A DNA stretch of 64,000 nucleotides from a virus. The stretch is taken from the IMG/VR virus record IMGVR_UViG_3300028588_000820, one strand, 5' to 3'. Shown one piece after another: positions 1 through 10,060 of this stretch (the first letter of the stretch is position 1; each line of letters begins with the position of its first letter). A program made the translations under genes and the position numbers. Under the pieces are notes generated by a model that was not told the DNA's origin, searched no databases, and saw only the letters and a list, made by a program, of their open reading frames with translations.

Positions 1-344
1 TCGACCTCGTCAAAAACTCGAAGACCGATATCGAGTATCGCAAAGCTTGTCAAGAGCTTTTGATCTATACCGACTTGCACATCGACAAGATTTGTGCCGA
101 ATACGAAAAGCGTGTTGGTGTTCGTCCTTATCAAGCAGGCACCATGGTGTACTGCAAGGTCGAAGGACACTTGGTTCGCAACGGTCGTGTTTACGGTCAT
201 CGTGTAACCGAGGTTAGTGGTCATGAACCAAAGCTCGAGTACTACGTCCAGCTGTTCTACGAAGGTGTGGTGCCAAGCGATCGTGACGTTGCATTCCTAT
301 CGTCAAATCAGGTTTTCGATAAAGCCGAGGAAGCATTCGCATGA
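1..344 (+). CDS. hypothetical protein, 5'-truncated by the window edge
   Basis: Frame is open from nt 3 to TGA at 342-344; overlaps next ATG (ATGA). Confidence 0.7.
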   Translation, partial: DLVKNSKTDIEYRKACQELLIYTDLHIDKICAEYEKRVGVRPYQAGTMVYCKVEGHLVRNGRVYGHRVTEVSGHEPKLEYYVQLFYEGVVPSDRDVAFLSSNQVFDKAEEAFA

Positions 345-481
345 AGAAAATCGACCGTACAGCGTTGTTGAGAACTGTATGGATTGCTAGTGCGATCGCA
401 GCAGTTTTTACCCATAGCGGGGTATACTGTCTACTACCAGCTGCGGTGGTAACGTTCTTTGCGTTCCTCACCGAAGACTAA
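341..481 (+). CDS. small membrane protein (46 aa, not in ORF track)
   Basis: ATG341-TAA481, MKKIDRTALLRTVWIASAIAAVFTHSGVYCLLPAAVVTFFAFLTED; hydrophobic; coupled to upstream stop. Confidence 0.65.
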   Translation: MKKIDRTALLRTVWIASAIAAVFTHSGVYCLLPAAVVTFFAFLTED

Positions 482-497
482 GAGACAAAACTCGGGG

Positions 498-504
498 ATA
501 AATA
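498..504 (+). promoter_or_regulatory. late promoter (ATAAATA, T4 gp55-type) embedded in an 11-bp inverted repeat
   Basis: ATAAATA recurs upstream of structural genes throughout the window. Confidence 0.7.
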
Positions 505-536
505 CCTTCATCAGTGGTTATCCCCGAGAACAAAAT

Positions 537-905
537 ATGAAACTACAAGAATTAAGACTCAACGAAGGCTTGGTAGACATTTCAGTTTTGATGACTATCC
601 GTTCAGTAGCAATGAATGGAGTGTCAAGCAATGCAGATGTGTTCACCATGTCAAAAGCGTTAATGGCAATCGAGAAGGGTTATACCTTCAATGCTTCAAA
701 CTTCAATGCGTACTATAACGAATTTTCACCTCCGAAAACCGTTATCGATGCAGTGAAAGGATTGTCAGCCGACAACGCAAAGCAATTGGCTCTATTCCTA
801 CTTCAAACCCTTGAAGCTAAGAACACCCAATTGGCATCATTAGGCTCTTTCAAGAGCATTGGCGAAATCATAGCTTATGCTACAAGAGCAGAGGCTAATG
901 ACTAA
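537..905 (+). CDS. late protein, possible internal head protein
   Basis: Start ATG537 (MKLQELRLNE) downstream of late promoter; LxE motif resembles a prohead-protease site. Confidence 0.6.
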   Translation: MKLQELRLNEGLVDISVLMTIRSVAMNGVSSNADVFTMSKALMAIEKGYTFNASNFNAYYNEFSPPKTVIDAVKGLSADNAKQLALFLLQTLEAKNTQLASLGSFKSIGEIIAYATRAEAND

Positions 906-942
906 ACCATCATCCTAAAACAATAATAATAAAGGAATACTG

Positions 943-1656
943 ATGCCTAAGAAGAAATATGATGCGCCTGTAAAAGATACTTTCATGCGCAATAAGCTAC
1001 AAGCAAAGAACTATTCGCAAGAGTTGTACATGCAACATTTGCGAGATGATCCGGTTATTCTGGGTCAAGGTCCTGCTGGTTCTGGTAAGACGTTCATCGC
1101 TACCGGTATTGCAGTTGAAAAACTGCTAGCGAATGAGATTTCGAAAATCGTACTGACTCGTCCAGTTGTTGAGTCTGGTGAGAAGCTTGGCTTCCTACCT
1201 GGTACGCTTGAAGAAAAGATTCATCCATATTTGCTTCCTCTACTCGATGGACTTAACGTGCATTTAGGTCCGAAAAAGGTGCAGGATTTCCTAGCTGATG
1301 GTAAAATTGAAATCGCTCCATTGGCATATATGCGAGGAAGAACATTTGATAATTGTTTCGTGATTTTAGATGAAGCCGAAAACACGACGATCGATCAAAT
1401 GAAGCTGTTTCTCACTCGCATAGGTTATAATACAACCATGGCAATCAACGGTGATCATACGCAAACCGACTTAGATAAGCGTGTGGAAAACGGATTGACA
1501 TGGGCAGTACGAAAGCTCCGCGGCAAATCTGAAATGATCAGTGTCGTTGAGTTCTCGAAGAGTGATATCGTGCGTTCGCCTTTGATCGCAGTGTTGCTCA
1601 CCCATCTGGAATCTCCAGATGTCAAGGACCCGAAGCCTAAACAATTGAATGGCTAA
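943..1656 (+). CDS. phoH: PhoH-family ATPase
   Basis: GPAGSGKT, RPVVESGEKLGFLPG, APLAYMRGRTF, ILDEAEN, GDxxQxD. Confidence 0.95.
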   Translation: MPKKKYDAPVKDTFMRNKLQAKNYSQELYMQHLRDDPVILGQGPAGSGKTFIATGIAVEKLLANEISKIVLTRPVVESGEKLGFLPGTLEEKIHPYLLPLLDGLNVHLGPKKVQDFLADGKIEIAPLAYMRGRTFDNCFVILDEAENTTIDQMKLFLTRIGYNTTMAINGDHTQTDLDKRVENGLTWAVRKLRGKSEMISVVEFSKSDIVRSPLIAVLLTHLESPDVKDPKPKQLNG

Positions 1657-1697
1657 CGGTTATTTTTCTTAAATCAAAATAATATAGAGGTATCATC

Positions 1698-1955
1698 ATG
1701 GCAGTTATCGCACACACCACCCAATTCGCAAAAGTCGTCGAGGACCTGACCGAGCGTTTCGCAAAGGCAACCAAAGGCCTGCGCAACAACACTCGTGGGA
1801 CCCAACTGCACAAGTGGCAGTCCGACTTTGCTTACTACGTGAACGAGATCGTCACCGGCCCAGTCTACATCGCGCCGAAGATCATCGACAATGCGAATCG
1901 CTACATCGACGGCATCATCAAGCAACGTAAGGAAGAAGCAGCTCAAGCAGCATAA
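1698..1955 (+). CDS. hypothetical protein
   Basis: AGAGG SD, host-like codons, followed by terminator. Confidence 0.75.
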   Translation: MAVIAHTTQFAKVVEDLTERFAKATKGLRNNTRGTQLHKWQSDFAYYVNEIVTGPVYIAPKIIDNANRYIDGIIKQRKEEAAQAA

Positions 1956-1977
1956 TCGCTTCCAACTTCGTTCTCTG

Positions 1978-2006
1978 AAAAAGGCTACCAATTGGTAGCC
2001 TTTTTT
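1978..2006 (+). terminator. intrinsic terminator
   Basis: AAAAAGGCTACC-AATT-GGTAGCCTTTTTT. Confidence 0.9.
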
Positions 2007-2034
2007 GCATCCAGCAAAATCATCCAGTAATACA

Positions 2035-2063
2035 TTGACTGTGGTACTATAGTCAAGTAGCAT
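2035..2063 (+). promoter_or_regulatory. sigma70-like promoter overlapping an imperfect palindrome
   Basis: TTGACT-N17-TAGCAT; TTGACT...AGTCAA inverted repeat at 2035-2056. Confidence 0.5.
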
Positions 2064-2133
2064 CTCACCTCATCCTCCATTGCGAGGAATAACCTCCTTC
2101 CTAAACGACCACACAGATGGTCGAAAAATAAGA

Positions 2134-2751
2134 ATGACTAAAATCATCGGTATGTCTGGCGCCCATGGGACGGGCAAGTCAGCAACTCTCGAGTACATCA
2201 AAAACGATCCCATCATCGACAACATCAAAGTCGATGAATACAAGTTCTCACGCTCGGTTCTCAAATCACTCGGTCAAACTCTAGAAGAAGCGACCGCAAC
2301 AGTCGAATCAACCAAGTCGTACCAAACCAAAGTCTTAGACTCGGTTCGTCGCAGGAATTATCTCCTGAAGCTCCTAGAGCCCCAAGGGGACGTTACCGTC
2401 AATTTGGTTGACAGATCAGTAGCCGACGTCTACGCGTACACCAGGCTATGGTCTGAGAAGAATAACATCGATGCCGAATGGTTCGAGAAGTTCGAAGCGA
2501 AATGTGCAGAGATGGTATCAGCCTATGATATTATTTTTCTGTTCCCAACCGGCAAAATTCCATTCGTTGACGATGGAGTTCGCGCCAAAGAGGATACTCA
2601 AGCCTCAATTGCTCAATACATCAGCGAGTTCCTTGCAAAGTACGCAAAGCGCTACTACGTTGTTCAATCAACCTCGATTGAAGACAGAGCATCAGAAATT
2701 CAAATCGTTCTACACATGCTTTCGCTACGCCCTCCTGTTGCGCAAGCGTAA
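2134..2751 (+). CDS. P-loop nucleoside/nucleotide kinase (AAA_28/NadR-like)
   Basis: GAHGTGKS, DRSxxDxxAY, DDGVR; start at ATG2134. Confidence 0.75.
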   Translation: MTKIIGMSGAHGTGKSATLEYIKNDPIIDNIKVDEYKFSRSVLKSLGQTLEEATATVESTKSYQTKVLDSVRRRNYLLKLLEPQGDVTVNLVDRSVADVYAYTRLWSEKNNIDAEWFEKFEAKCAEMVSAYDIIFLFPTGKIPFVDDGVRAKEDTQASIAQYISEFLAKYAKRYYVVQSTSIEDRASEIQIVLHMLSLRPPVAQA

Positions 2752-2774
2752 AATAACTTCAAACAAAAATAATA

Positions 2775-3368
2775 ATGCAACTGACTCAACGTCCTCTACC
2801 TAAATACGGCTTTGGCATTGACTGGGAAACCTCGGGCTCTGCCTGGGGTGAAGACTCCACCATTGATTATCAAGGCGTTTCGTTTGGCGCAGTGGTATTT
2901 GACCTGGCAACATTTGAGCCAGTAGAAACCATCTACCGTGAAATCAAGTTCGATGCGACTCGGTACAAATGGTCCGAAGGTGCACAGAAAGTCCACGGGC
3001 TATCACGTGAACACCTAGAAGCAAATGGCGTCACTCAAGAAGAAGCTTCGGTCGCCTTGATGGAAATGTACATCAAGTACTTCGCACCAGACGAACGTGT
3101 CTTCATCATCGGTCACCACACCGACTTCGACATCAAGTTCACGCAACAACTGCTTGAACAGTTCGGCATCATGTTCCAAGTTGGCGCCACCATCATGGAC
3201 ACGGCCGGCACTGGCTTGATCAACTTCGGCATTCACAAGTCGGAAGACTTGTTCCAATTCCTCGGTCTACCGGCTCGCACCACTCACAATGCGCTTGAAG
3301 ACATTCTTCTGACCTTGAAGGCTGCGCAAACGATGCGTGCGATCTTCAACGCTGCACTGAACGGCTGA
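2775..3368 (+). CDS. DEDDh 3'-5' exonuclease (DnaQ-like)
   Basis: DWETSG, GHHxxFD, HNALED. Confidence 0.85.
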   Translation: MQLTQRPLPKYGFGIDWETSGSAWGEDSTIDYQGVSFGAVVFDLATFEPVETIYREIKFDATRYKWSEGAQKVHGLSREHLEANGVTQEEASVALMEMYIKYFAPDERVFIIGHHTDFDIKFTQQLLEQFGIMFQVGATIMDTAGTGLINFGIHKSEDLFQFLGLPARTTHNALEDILLTLKAAQTMRAIFNAALNG

Positions 3369-3370
3369 TC

Positions 3371-3583
3371 ATGATCAGCTTCGAACTTCACAACGCGATC
3401 GCGAATGAGCGAATCAAGCTGAAGGCGAAGAATCATCCTCGTATCAAGGTCGAAGGGAACACTGTTCACATCGATGCTTGGTGCGATGGTGACGAGGAAG
3501 AAGCGAACCGCGTCATCCTCATGACTCGCAAGTATCGCACACTCGTTGAGCAAGCATACCAACTTCAACAGGATCAAGCATAA
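3371..3583 (+). CDS. hypothetical protein
   Basis: Tightly packed in operon. Confidence 0.65.
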   Translation: MISFELHNAIANERIKLKAKNHPRIKVEGNTVHIDAWCDGDEEEANRVILMTRKYRTLVEQAYQLQQDQA

Positions 3584-3963
3584 TGTTTGGCATGGGCAGT
3601 TTCTACGAAACACAAGCATACGAGTCGGCCGAGAGCGAATACTTCGATGGAGAATGTAGTGGCCCACGCTACTATCCTTCTGTTCGGAAGACTTGTAAGC
3701 ATTGTGGCCAAGGTGGATTCACCTGGAAGATGCATGCAGGAAATTGGCGAATGGTCGACTCAAGTGGTAAAATCCATGCGTGCCTAACCGAAAAGGCGGC
3801 AGCAAATAAGAAGGCGAAAGCCGCATCAATATCGAAGACCGATAACCTCGTCTTCGTCAAGAAACAATCTCCATATCGTCCCGACGAACAAACCATCGAC
3901 GACTTTGTCGACTTGATGCTGCAGGAGATGGAGCTTGAATTGATGCACGAATTCAACCACTAA
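3583..3963 (+). CDS. hypothetical protein with possible Zn ribbon
   Basis: CKHC...HAC; TAATG coupling. Confidence 0.65.
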   Translation: MFGMGSFYETQAYESAESEYFDGECSGPRYYPSVRKTCKHCGQGGFTWKMHAGNWRMVDSSGKIHACLTEKAAANKKAKAASISKTDNLVFVKKQSPYRPDEQTIDDFVDLMLQEMELELMHEFNH

Positions 3964-3992
3964 CATACACTTCCTCTACGGTTTAATGTACA

Positions 3993-4268
3993 ATGACTAT
4001 CTGGGATAAAGACTCGATCAAACAGAAGATTGCTGGTTCCAACGCTTGGGTTGCCAGAGCAATTTGGGTTCTTGCTGATGCGGGAACTTCGCTTCGCTTG
4101 GACACCCCTGAGCTGGAACAACAGGCAAAGGATGACGTGAAGTTCTTCCAGAACTTGCGTGACTTCTTCAAAGACAATGGCTTCTTCACTGATCGCCACA
4201 TTTCAGTGGCACGAAACAAAATTCGTGAGCCTTACTTCGATTATCTGACAATGGCAGCAAACTGTTAA
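3993..4268 (+). CDS. hypothetical protein
   Basis: ORF in operon orientation. Confidence 0.65.
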   Translation: MTIWDKDSIKQKIAGSNAWVARAIWVLADAGTSLRLDTPELEQQAKDDVKFFQNLRDFFKDNGFFTDRHISVARNKIREPYFDYLTMAANC

Positions 4269-4278
4269 AGGAAACTTC

Positions 4279-4566
4279 ATGGCAATGTATAACGTCTCCA
4301 CTACGCAACTCATCGTTGCAACCGTCTTCTCTGCACTGATCGGTGCTGGTGCGGTTGTCAGCTACATGCAGTTCAAGGAAAAGCAGGCGTGGCCAGTCGT
4401 CCACACGAGCACTGATGGTTCGTGCACGAAGGTCATGAACCTCCGCAATGGTGACGCATACAACTGCGAGGACGTCGATGTGCTGCTCCGTCAGTACCGT
4501 GTCGAAGCTGCAGTGCCAGAAGTCAAGGCGAAAGAAGAAACTACGCAAGAAGTCGCCAAATCCTAA
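4279..4566 (+). CDS. membrane-anchored protein
   Basis: N-terminal TM helix; AAGGA SD. Confidence 0.7.
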   Translation: MAMYNVSTTQLIVATVFSALIGAGAVVSYMQFKEKQAWPVVHTSTDGSCTKVMNLRNGDAYNCEDVDVLLRQYRVEAAVPEVKAKEETTQEVAKS

Positions 4567-4581
4567 GAGGTCTGGCGTGGG

Positions 4582-4588
4582 ATAAATA
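4582..4588 (+). promoter_or_regulatory. late promoter
   Basis: ATAAATA. Confidence 0.65.
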
Positions 4589-4612
4589 AGGAAAACATCC
4601 TTATGAGTAACC

Positions 4613-5692
4613 ATGTCAAACTTCGAAGTATTCAAGTGCAGCGTATGTAATCGCCACATCGAAAAACAAGTCGATCAAAAAAGAGCGCCGATCAGCAAGT
4701 GTACCATCACGTACAAATGCGTCGGCACTCTCCTCAAGGTAAGCGAAAGCGACTCCAAAACTATGACCGGTCCGGCAACGGACGTAGCACTCGCTAACTG
4801 GGTGCCACGTGGTCAAAGTGCCTCAAATACTTCCGTCGAATCTGTCTCTGGCCCAGTCACGATCAATACTGCGCAGGACACTTTGTCCATTGCAGTTCGT
4901 GATGATCTTCAAACTGCTGATGAACTATCGGCGCGCTTTGAAATCAAGAAGCTGACTAACGCCTCGTACGTTGAGTATTTCTACAATCGTCCATCGAACA
5001 CCATCTTGATTTCTGGTCAGGATGATTCATCCAAGCGCCTCGCACTTCGCTTCGTGAATGGTACTACTCCGGATAAGATCGCTGTGTATCTGAACGGAGT
5101 TGAAATGGATGCGTCAGGATACGATAGGAGCGTCCCAGGACGCATCGTGTTCAATCAGGCATTGGTTGACGAGACAAATCAAATCAGAGTCCTGGTGTAC
5201 AAACAGGATGCTTCCTCGTACCTTACTCTGACTTTCGCGAGAAATGATTTGTCGACAGTGAAGAACCATTCAGTCTCAGCATGGGGCAATGTTGAATCAG
5301 TTGCATTCCCGAAATATAAGTGCTCAGTGTTTACCTGCACGGATGTCTCTATCGTGCCGATCAATTCAAAACTTGTATTGGTCGATGTTTCTGTCAAGAG
5401 CACCGGAGAAGTATTGGCGCCAAACGCTGGCTATCTGGTCATCGCGGACGCTCCATACTCGTCATACGACCGCAACCTCAATAACGCGATTAGCCTTTTC
5501 TCGTTAATCGGCAACGCCGTAATTGTGGAGTATAAGAAGGACGTAAAGAATTCGCCTAAGTTCTACGTGGTTCACGATGCGATCCAAAGTATCTTCCCGC
5601 CTATAGCGATTCTTTCAAAAGCTTCCGATGATATTGACACTAATAAAGTCAACGATTCGAATACGAAGTTGATGAATGCGTTTATCACCTAA
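4613..5692 (+). CDS. late, probably virion protein with N-terminal Cys cluster
   Basis: CSVC...CTITYKC; beta-rich VYLNGVE motif; own late promoter. Confidence 0.6.
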   Translation: MSNFEVFKCSVCNRHIEKQVDQKRAPISKCTITYKCVGTLLKVSESDSKTMTGPATDVALANWVPRGQSASNTSVESVSGPVTINTAQDTLSIAVRDDLQTADELSARFEIKKLTNASYVEYFYNRPSNTILISGQDDSSKRLALRFVNGTTPDKIAVYLNGVEMDASGYDRSVPGRIVFNQALVDETNQIRVLVYKQDASSYLTLTFARNDLSTVKNHSVSAWGNVESVAFPKYKCSVFTCTDVSIVPINSKLVLVDVSVKSTGEVLAPNAGYLVIADAPYSSYDRNLNNAISLFSLIGNAVIVEYKKDVKNSPKFYVVHDAIQSIFPPIAILSKASDDIDTNKVNDSNTKLMNAFIT

Positions 5693-5705
5693 GGCGAAAT
5701 CCGAA

Positions 5706-5714
5706 TGGTATAAT
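5706..5714 (+). promoter_or_regulatory. extended -10 promoter
   Basis: TGGTATAAT; same class at 10044-10052 and 19384-19392. Confidence 0.6.
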
Positions 5715-5742
5715 TAGCTCTGCAGTTCATAACAACAATAAT

Positions 5743-6138
5743 ATGCTAGACCTAAAATTCTTCTATATTGTAGAGCTAAATCTACAACACCGAGCCGTTC
5801 AGCGACTTCCGATTGCCCAAGAGTTCAGCGAACAATCATGGCTTGCCCTCACCTCCGAAGCCTTCACCAGCGATATTGAATGTATCGCTGCGTGCAAGAA
5901 GCTGATGAAAGACAAAACCAAGTTCTTCAATGAAGATCAACGAGTAAAGTTCTCCTTTGCGGAGAACCCAGCTCTAAGCTGCCCGATTGAAAAATTGGAC
6001 GACTTAGACCTCAACGGCTTCAACGATGATTCTCTAGTCGAGATGTACGTTAAAGACGTGGATGATGAATGGATTATGCGTTCGTCGGTTCAAGTCTTTA
6101 GCATCGACTTCCCAACCGTTGATCGGAGACTCCACTAA
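5743..6138 (+). CDS. hypothetical protein (paralogue A)
   Basis: 131 aa, alignable by eye with next ORF. Confidence 0.7.
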   Translation: MLDLKFFYIVELNLQHRAVQRLPIAQEFSEQSWLALTSEAFTSDIECIAACKKLMKDKTKFFNEDQRVKFSFAENPALSCPIEKLDDLDLNGFNDDSLVEMYVKDVDDEWIMRSSVQVFSIDFPTVDRRLH

Positions 6139-6533
6139 TGAATGGCCTCAAGTTCTATTCAATGTTCGAGTTCCCAAAGAACAACGAGCATTTCCCGCAG
6201 CTAGCTTGGGACACTGAATTCCCAGGCATCAAGCAAGCAATTGCTGGTTCGGCAGAGTACCAAACATACGAAGCTTGTACCGAAGCTGCAATCAAGTTCC
6301 TGAAACAGAAACTTGCTGTTCTAAATGCGACCGAAGAGCGCTACAAAATCTACTTCGAAAAGAATCAGTTCAACGATACACAGAGCAGTTTCGAACAAAA
6401 CGAAGTGGTGAAAATTTATATCGCTGATTCGCTCGAAACCGTTTATAATAATGTGTTCCAAGCTCGAGTATACTTCGTCAAATCGCTTGACGATGCTGCA
6501 TCATACTTCGACGCGCCAACTACCCTCCAGTAA
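6138..6533 (+). CDS. hypothetical protein (paralogue B)
   Basis: 131 aa, TAATG-coupled. Confidence 0.7.
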   Translation: MNGLKFYSMFEFPKNNEHFPQLAWDTEFPGIKQAIAGSAEYQTYEACTEAAIKFLKQKLAVLNATEERYKIYFEKNQFNDTQSSFEQNEVVKIYIADSLETVYNNVFQARVYFVKSLDDAASYFDAPTTLQ

Positions 6534-6570
6534 CACCTCCCACCTTCATTCAAAAATAATAGGAAATATC

Positions 6571-6933
6571 ATGCGTCCACCAAAACAGAAAAAGCCAGAC
6601 TTCAACATCGACACCATCCTGAAAAACCCGGTCGATGCTCGTATGCTGAAATGTCTGATCGACACCGCTCTGATCAGCAAGACCAAAATCGATCTGGAAA
6701 ACGCAGCAATCGCTGACCAACGTAATGAAGCTAAGGACAAGCTAGGCATGCCACCGGCAGTGTTCAACAAGCTGGTGAGCGTGAAGCACAACCAAAGCCT
6801 CGCACAAGAACGGGCCAAGATGGAAACCACCGATGCAACTCTGGTTTCACTATACGGCGAAAACGGTGGCATCCTCGGCCCAGTGGCTGACTTCGACGGT
6901 GCAGACGACGACCTGTCCGGCGACTACGAGTAA
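6571..6933 (+). CDS. dsbA: T4 DsbA-like dsDNA-binding protein
   Basis: EAKDKLGMPPAVFNKLVSVKH resembles T4 DsbA RAKDELGVDGKMFNRLLALYH; start ATG6571. Confidence 0.7.
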   Translation: MRPPKQKKPDFNIDTILKNPVDARMLKCLIDTALISKTKIDLENAAIADQRNEAKDKLGMPPAVFNKLVSVKHNQSLAQERAKMETTDATLVSLYGENGGILGPVADFDGADDDLSGDYE

Positions 6934-7310
6934 TGTCGAGCAATGTCAACGAGGCGTTGGCTAAGCAAGACATTGATACTCTACTAGCCTTCGCTGCATT
7001 TCGCGACACTCTCAAGTTCGATCGCTTCGACAACCTAGAGCCAGCCCAAATGGCTGCACTGACCAAATGGGTTGAAGACTTGATGCAAAACATCACACCA
7101 GCACAAATGGTCAACATCGTGTTGTATTACGAAACACGGTTAGCGAAGCTTGATGTTGAATCCGCTCGGCATAATATCCTCAAACAGGCAGTACGCGAAG
7201 TATTAGCCGAGCAATCATCAAAGTGCAATCATCAGTGGACGAAGATGTCAGGAAGCATGGCTGAATCTCACTATCGATGCACGGTCTGCGGTGAAGACGA
7301 TTGGCGATAA
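6933..7310 (+). CDS. hypothetical protein with C-terminal Zn finger
   Basis: CNH...CTVC. Confidence 0.65.
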   Translation: MSSNVNEALAKQDIDTLLAFAAFRDTLKFDRFDNLEPAQMAALTKWVEDLMQNITPAQMVNIVLYYETRLAKLDVESARHNILKQAVREVLAEQSSKCNHQWTKMSGSMAESHYRCTVCGEDDWR

Positions 7311-7337
7311 GCCATAACAAAAATAATAGGAAATCTA

Positions 7338-10043
7338 TTGCCACGTAATTTTGTAGGCGCGCAATACAGTAGCTTTTCTCAAGAAGTTCTGGTGTGGGAA
7401 CGCGACAGCGACCACCCAGAACAAGGCCGAGCGTTGAAGAGGTACAAAGCACCGTACTACTTCTACATTCCGGACGAGAACGGTGAACACGAGTCGATGT
7501 ATGGCATGAAGCTGAAGCTTCTGACGTTCGAAGACAAGGACACTTTCGATAAGGCATTGCAACAATATGCCACGCGCCAAAAACACGAAAGTGACATCAG
7601 TCCAGTGGACAAGATTCTGATGTCGAACTACTACAACGTAGACGCTCCGAACCTCCACTACACCCTCCTGGATATTGAGGTTGACTACGACAAAGAACGT
7701 GGTTTCTCCTCACCAGAAAATCCATACGCTCCAATCAACGCCATTACCTTGTACAATCAATGGAACAAGGAATACCTGACCTTTGCTGTGCCACCGAAGT
7801 CATGGGCCGACAAAGACTGGGATGCGATGCTGGACAAAACTCTCCCGTCGAAGGTTACGCTGTTCGATAGTGAGAAGGACCTACTCAAAGCCACGCTACT
7901 GGCAATCGAAGATTCAGACGTCATCTCTGGATGGAACTCGGACTTCTTCGATATGCCGTACCTTGTCAAACGTACCGAAATGGTTCTTGGCAAGGACGCT
8001 GCTCGACTCTGGTGCTTCCGCAACTGTCCGGCACCGCGATTCGAAGAGGTGGAACGATTCAACGAGAAGCGAGTTACTGTTCGACTATACGGTCGTTCAC
8101 ATCTTGATTTCTTGCAATTGTTCAAGAAGTTTGCATTCGGTGGTCGTTCGTCCTACTCGTTGAAAGCAATTTCCGAGGAAGAGCTGCCGGACATGACAAA
8201 GATTGAGTATGCTGGCACGCTGGAGAACCTGTACAACGAGGACTTCAACTTCTTCCTGCGATACAACATTCGAGACACCGAAATTCTGGACAAGCTCGAT
8301 GCTAAGTTCAAGTACATCGAACTAGCAAACGAGATCACCCACGCCAACACGGTTACGTTGGATGGTGCACTAGGTTCAGTGCGACTGATCGACACTGGCA
8401 TTGTGAACTACTGCCACCACGAGCTAAAGCTACGAGTGCCAGATCGCAACACCAAAGTTGGCCCGACGATTGAAGGCGCTCTAGTCTTGAATCCGAAAGT
8501 CGGTATGCACCAGTGGATCGGTTCTGTCGACATCAACTCGCTATATCCGTCAACGATGCGTTCGCTGAACATCTCGCCAGAGAAGATCATCGGACAGTTC
8601 ACTCAGAACACTGGCATCATGCAGATTGATGGTGAAGCGGACTGGATTGGCATCTCGAACAAGGACAATCTGCTTCATGTCCTATACTTCGAAGATGGCA
8701 CCTATGCTGAACACACTGGTGCTGAATGGTACGAAATCCTGAAAGCCAGAAAGTGGGCAATCTCAGCATTCGGTACCGTGTTCGATCAAGGCAATGGCCA
8801 AGGCGTTATCCCGGGTCTGCTGACTTCGTGGTACGCTGAACGTAAGAGCCTGCAGAAGTTGAAGCTTGAGTGGGACAACAAAGCTGACCTTGAAAAGCCT
8901 GGTTCGCCAGAGTATATCAAGTGCAAGTACATGGTTGAGTACTACGACAAGAAGCAGATGGTCAAGAAGCTGCTGCTGAACTCGTTGTACGGCGCTGTGA
9001 TTAACGAATACGATCGATTCTTCGATCCACGCATGGGTGCTAGTACCACCGCAACTGGACGTAAGATTACCGGTCACATGATTTCGAAAATCTCAGAGCT
9101 ACTGACTGGTGAATATGCACAGGTCCTCAAGACCGTGACCATCGATAAAGATGGTGAGCCAGAGAACGTGTACACCTGCGAATCCAAAGCAGCGATCTAC
9201 TCCGACACTGACTCGTGCTACTTCAACACTTTTGCTGACAATAAGGAAGAAGCGATTCTCGTCGCTGATACTGTTGGCGATCAGGTCAATGACTCGTTCA
9301 TTCCGTTCATGCAAGACAAGTTCCTGTGCCAGCCGACTTATGATGTGCTGATCAAAGCAGGTCGTGAAGTTGTTGCCGACCGAGGCATCTTCCAAGCGAA
9401 GAAGAAGTACGTTCTTCGTGTGGTGAACCTTGACGGCAAAGATGTGAAGCCTGGTTCGGCAAAGTCACTGAAGGTCATGGGCGGCGAGATCAAAAAGTCC
9501 GACACGCCTAAGGTTATTCAGGCCTTCCTCAAGGAGACCACCTTACGTATCCTGGACGGCGCTACGTACCAAGAGATTGAAGAGTACGTCAACTCGGAAC
9601 GTAAGAAGTTTAAGACCACGACTGACTTGATGACCATCGGTATTCCGAAGGGTTGCAACAAGCTCGAAATGTATTACGACGAGTTCGTTCGGTACGAAAA
9701 GCCCGGCATCAAGAAGGTTCGCTTGCCTGGCCACGTTCGCTCCGCCATCAACTTCAATGAGCACCTCAAAGAAGTCGGTGACAAGGTGATTCAGCCGATT
9801 AAGTCTGGCAACAAGATCAAGGTGTTCTACTTGAAGCCGAACGACATGCAGTACACCAGCATTGGCGTTCCTGTTGACTTGGAAGAACTACCAACGTGGT
9901 TCAAAGAAGACTTCGCGATTGACATCAAGAAGACTGAAGAGAAACTGATCGACCTAAAGTTGGAAAGTATTTTCGGTCCAATGGGTTGGGTGGTTCCGAC
10001 TCCACAAACTGCTCGCAACAACAAACTGCTAGCATGGGATTGA
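7338..10043 (+). CDS. family B DNA polymerase (gp43-like), TTG start
   Basis: DIE, GWNxxxFD, YNIRD, DINSLYP, KLLLNSLYG, YSDTDS, KKKY. Confidence 0.97.
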   Translation: MPRNFVGAQYSSFSQEVLVWERDSDHPEQGRALKRYKAPYYFYIPDENGEHESMYGMKLKLLTFEDKDTFDKALQQYATRQKHESDISPVDKILMSNYYNVDAPNLHYTLLDIEVDYDKERGFSSPENPYAPINAITLYNQWNKEYLTFAVPPKSWADKDWDAMLDKTLPSKVTLFDSEKDLLKATLLAIEDSDVISGWNSDFFDMPYLVKRTEMVLGKDAARLWCFRNCPAPRFEEVERFNEKRVTVRLYGRSHLDFLQLFKKFAFGGRSSYSLKAISEEELPDMTKIEYAGTLENLYNEDFNFFLRYNIRDTEILDKLDAKFKYIELANEITHANTVTLDGALGSVRLIDTGIVNYCHHELKLRVPDRNTKVGPTIEGALVLNPKVGMHQWIGSVDINSLYPSTMRSLNISPEKIIGQFTQNTGIMQIDGEADWIGISNKDNLLHVLYFEDGTYAEHTGAEWYEILKARKWAISAFGTVFDQGNGQGVIPGLLTSWYAERKSLQKLKLEWDNKADLEKPGSPEYIKCKYMVEYYDKKQMVKKLLLNSLYGAVINEYDRFFDPRMGASTTATGRKITGHMISKISELLTGEYAQVLKTVTIDKDGEPENVYTCESKAAIYSDTDSCYFNTFADNKEEAILVADTVGDQVNDSFIPFMQDKFLCQPTYDVLIKAGREVVADRGIFQAKKKYVLRVVNLDGKDVKPGSAKSLKVMGGEIKKSDTPKVIQAFLKETTLRILDGATYQEIEEYVNSERKKFKTTTDLMTIGIPKGCNKLEMYYDEFVRYEKPGIKKVRLPGHVRSAINFNEHLKEVGDKVIQPIKSGNKIKVFYLKPNDMQYTSIGVPVDLEELPTWFKEDFAIDIKKTEEKLIDLKLESIFGPMGWVVPTPQTARNNKLLAWD

Positions 10044-10060
10044 TGTTATAATTCTCACTC

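Noticed and set aside
7338-10043. Intein or intron in PolB, primase or helicase
   Set aside because: Normal lengths, contiguous motifs, no intein-terminal or homing endonuclease signatures
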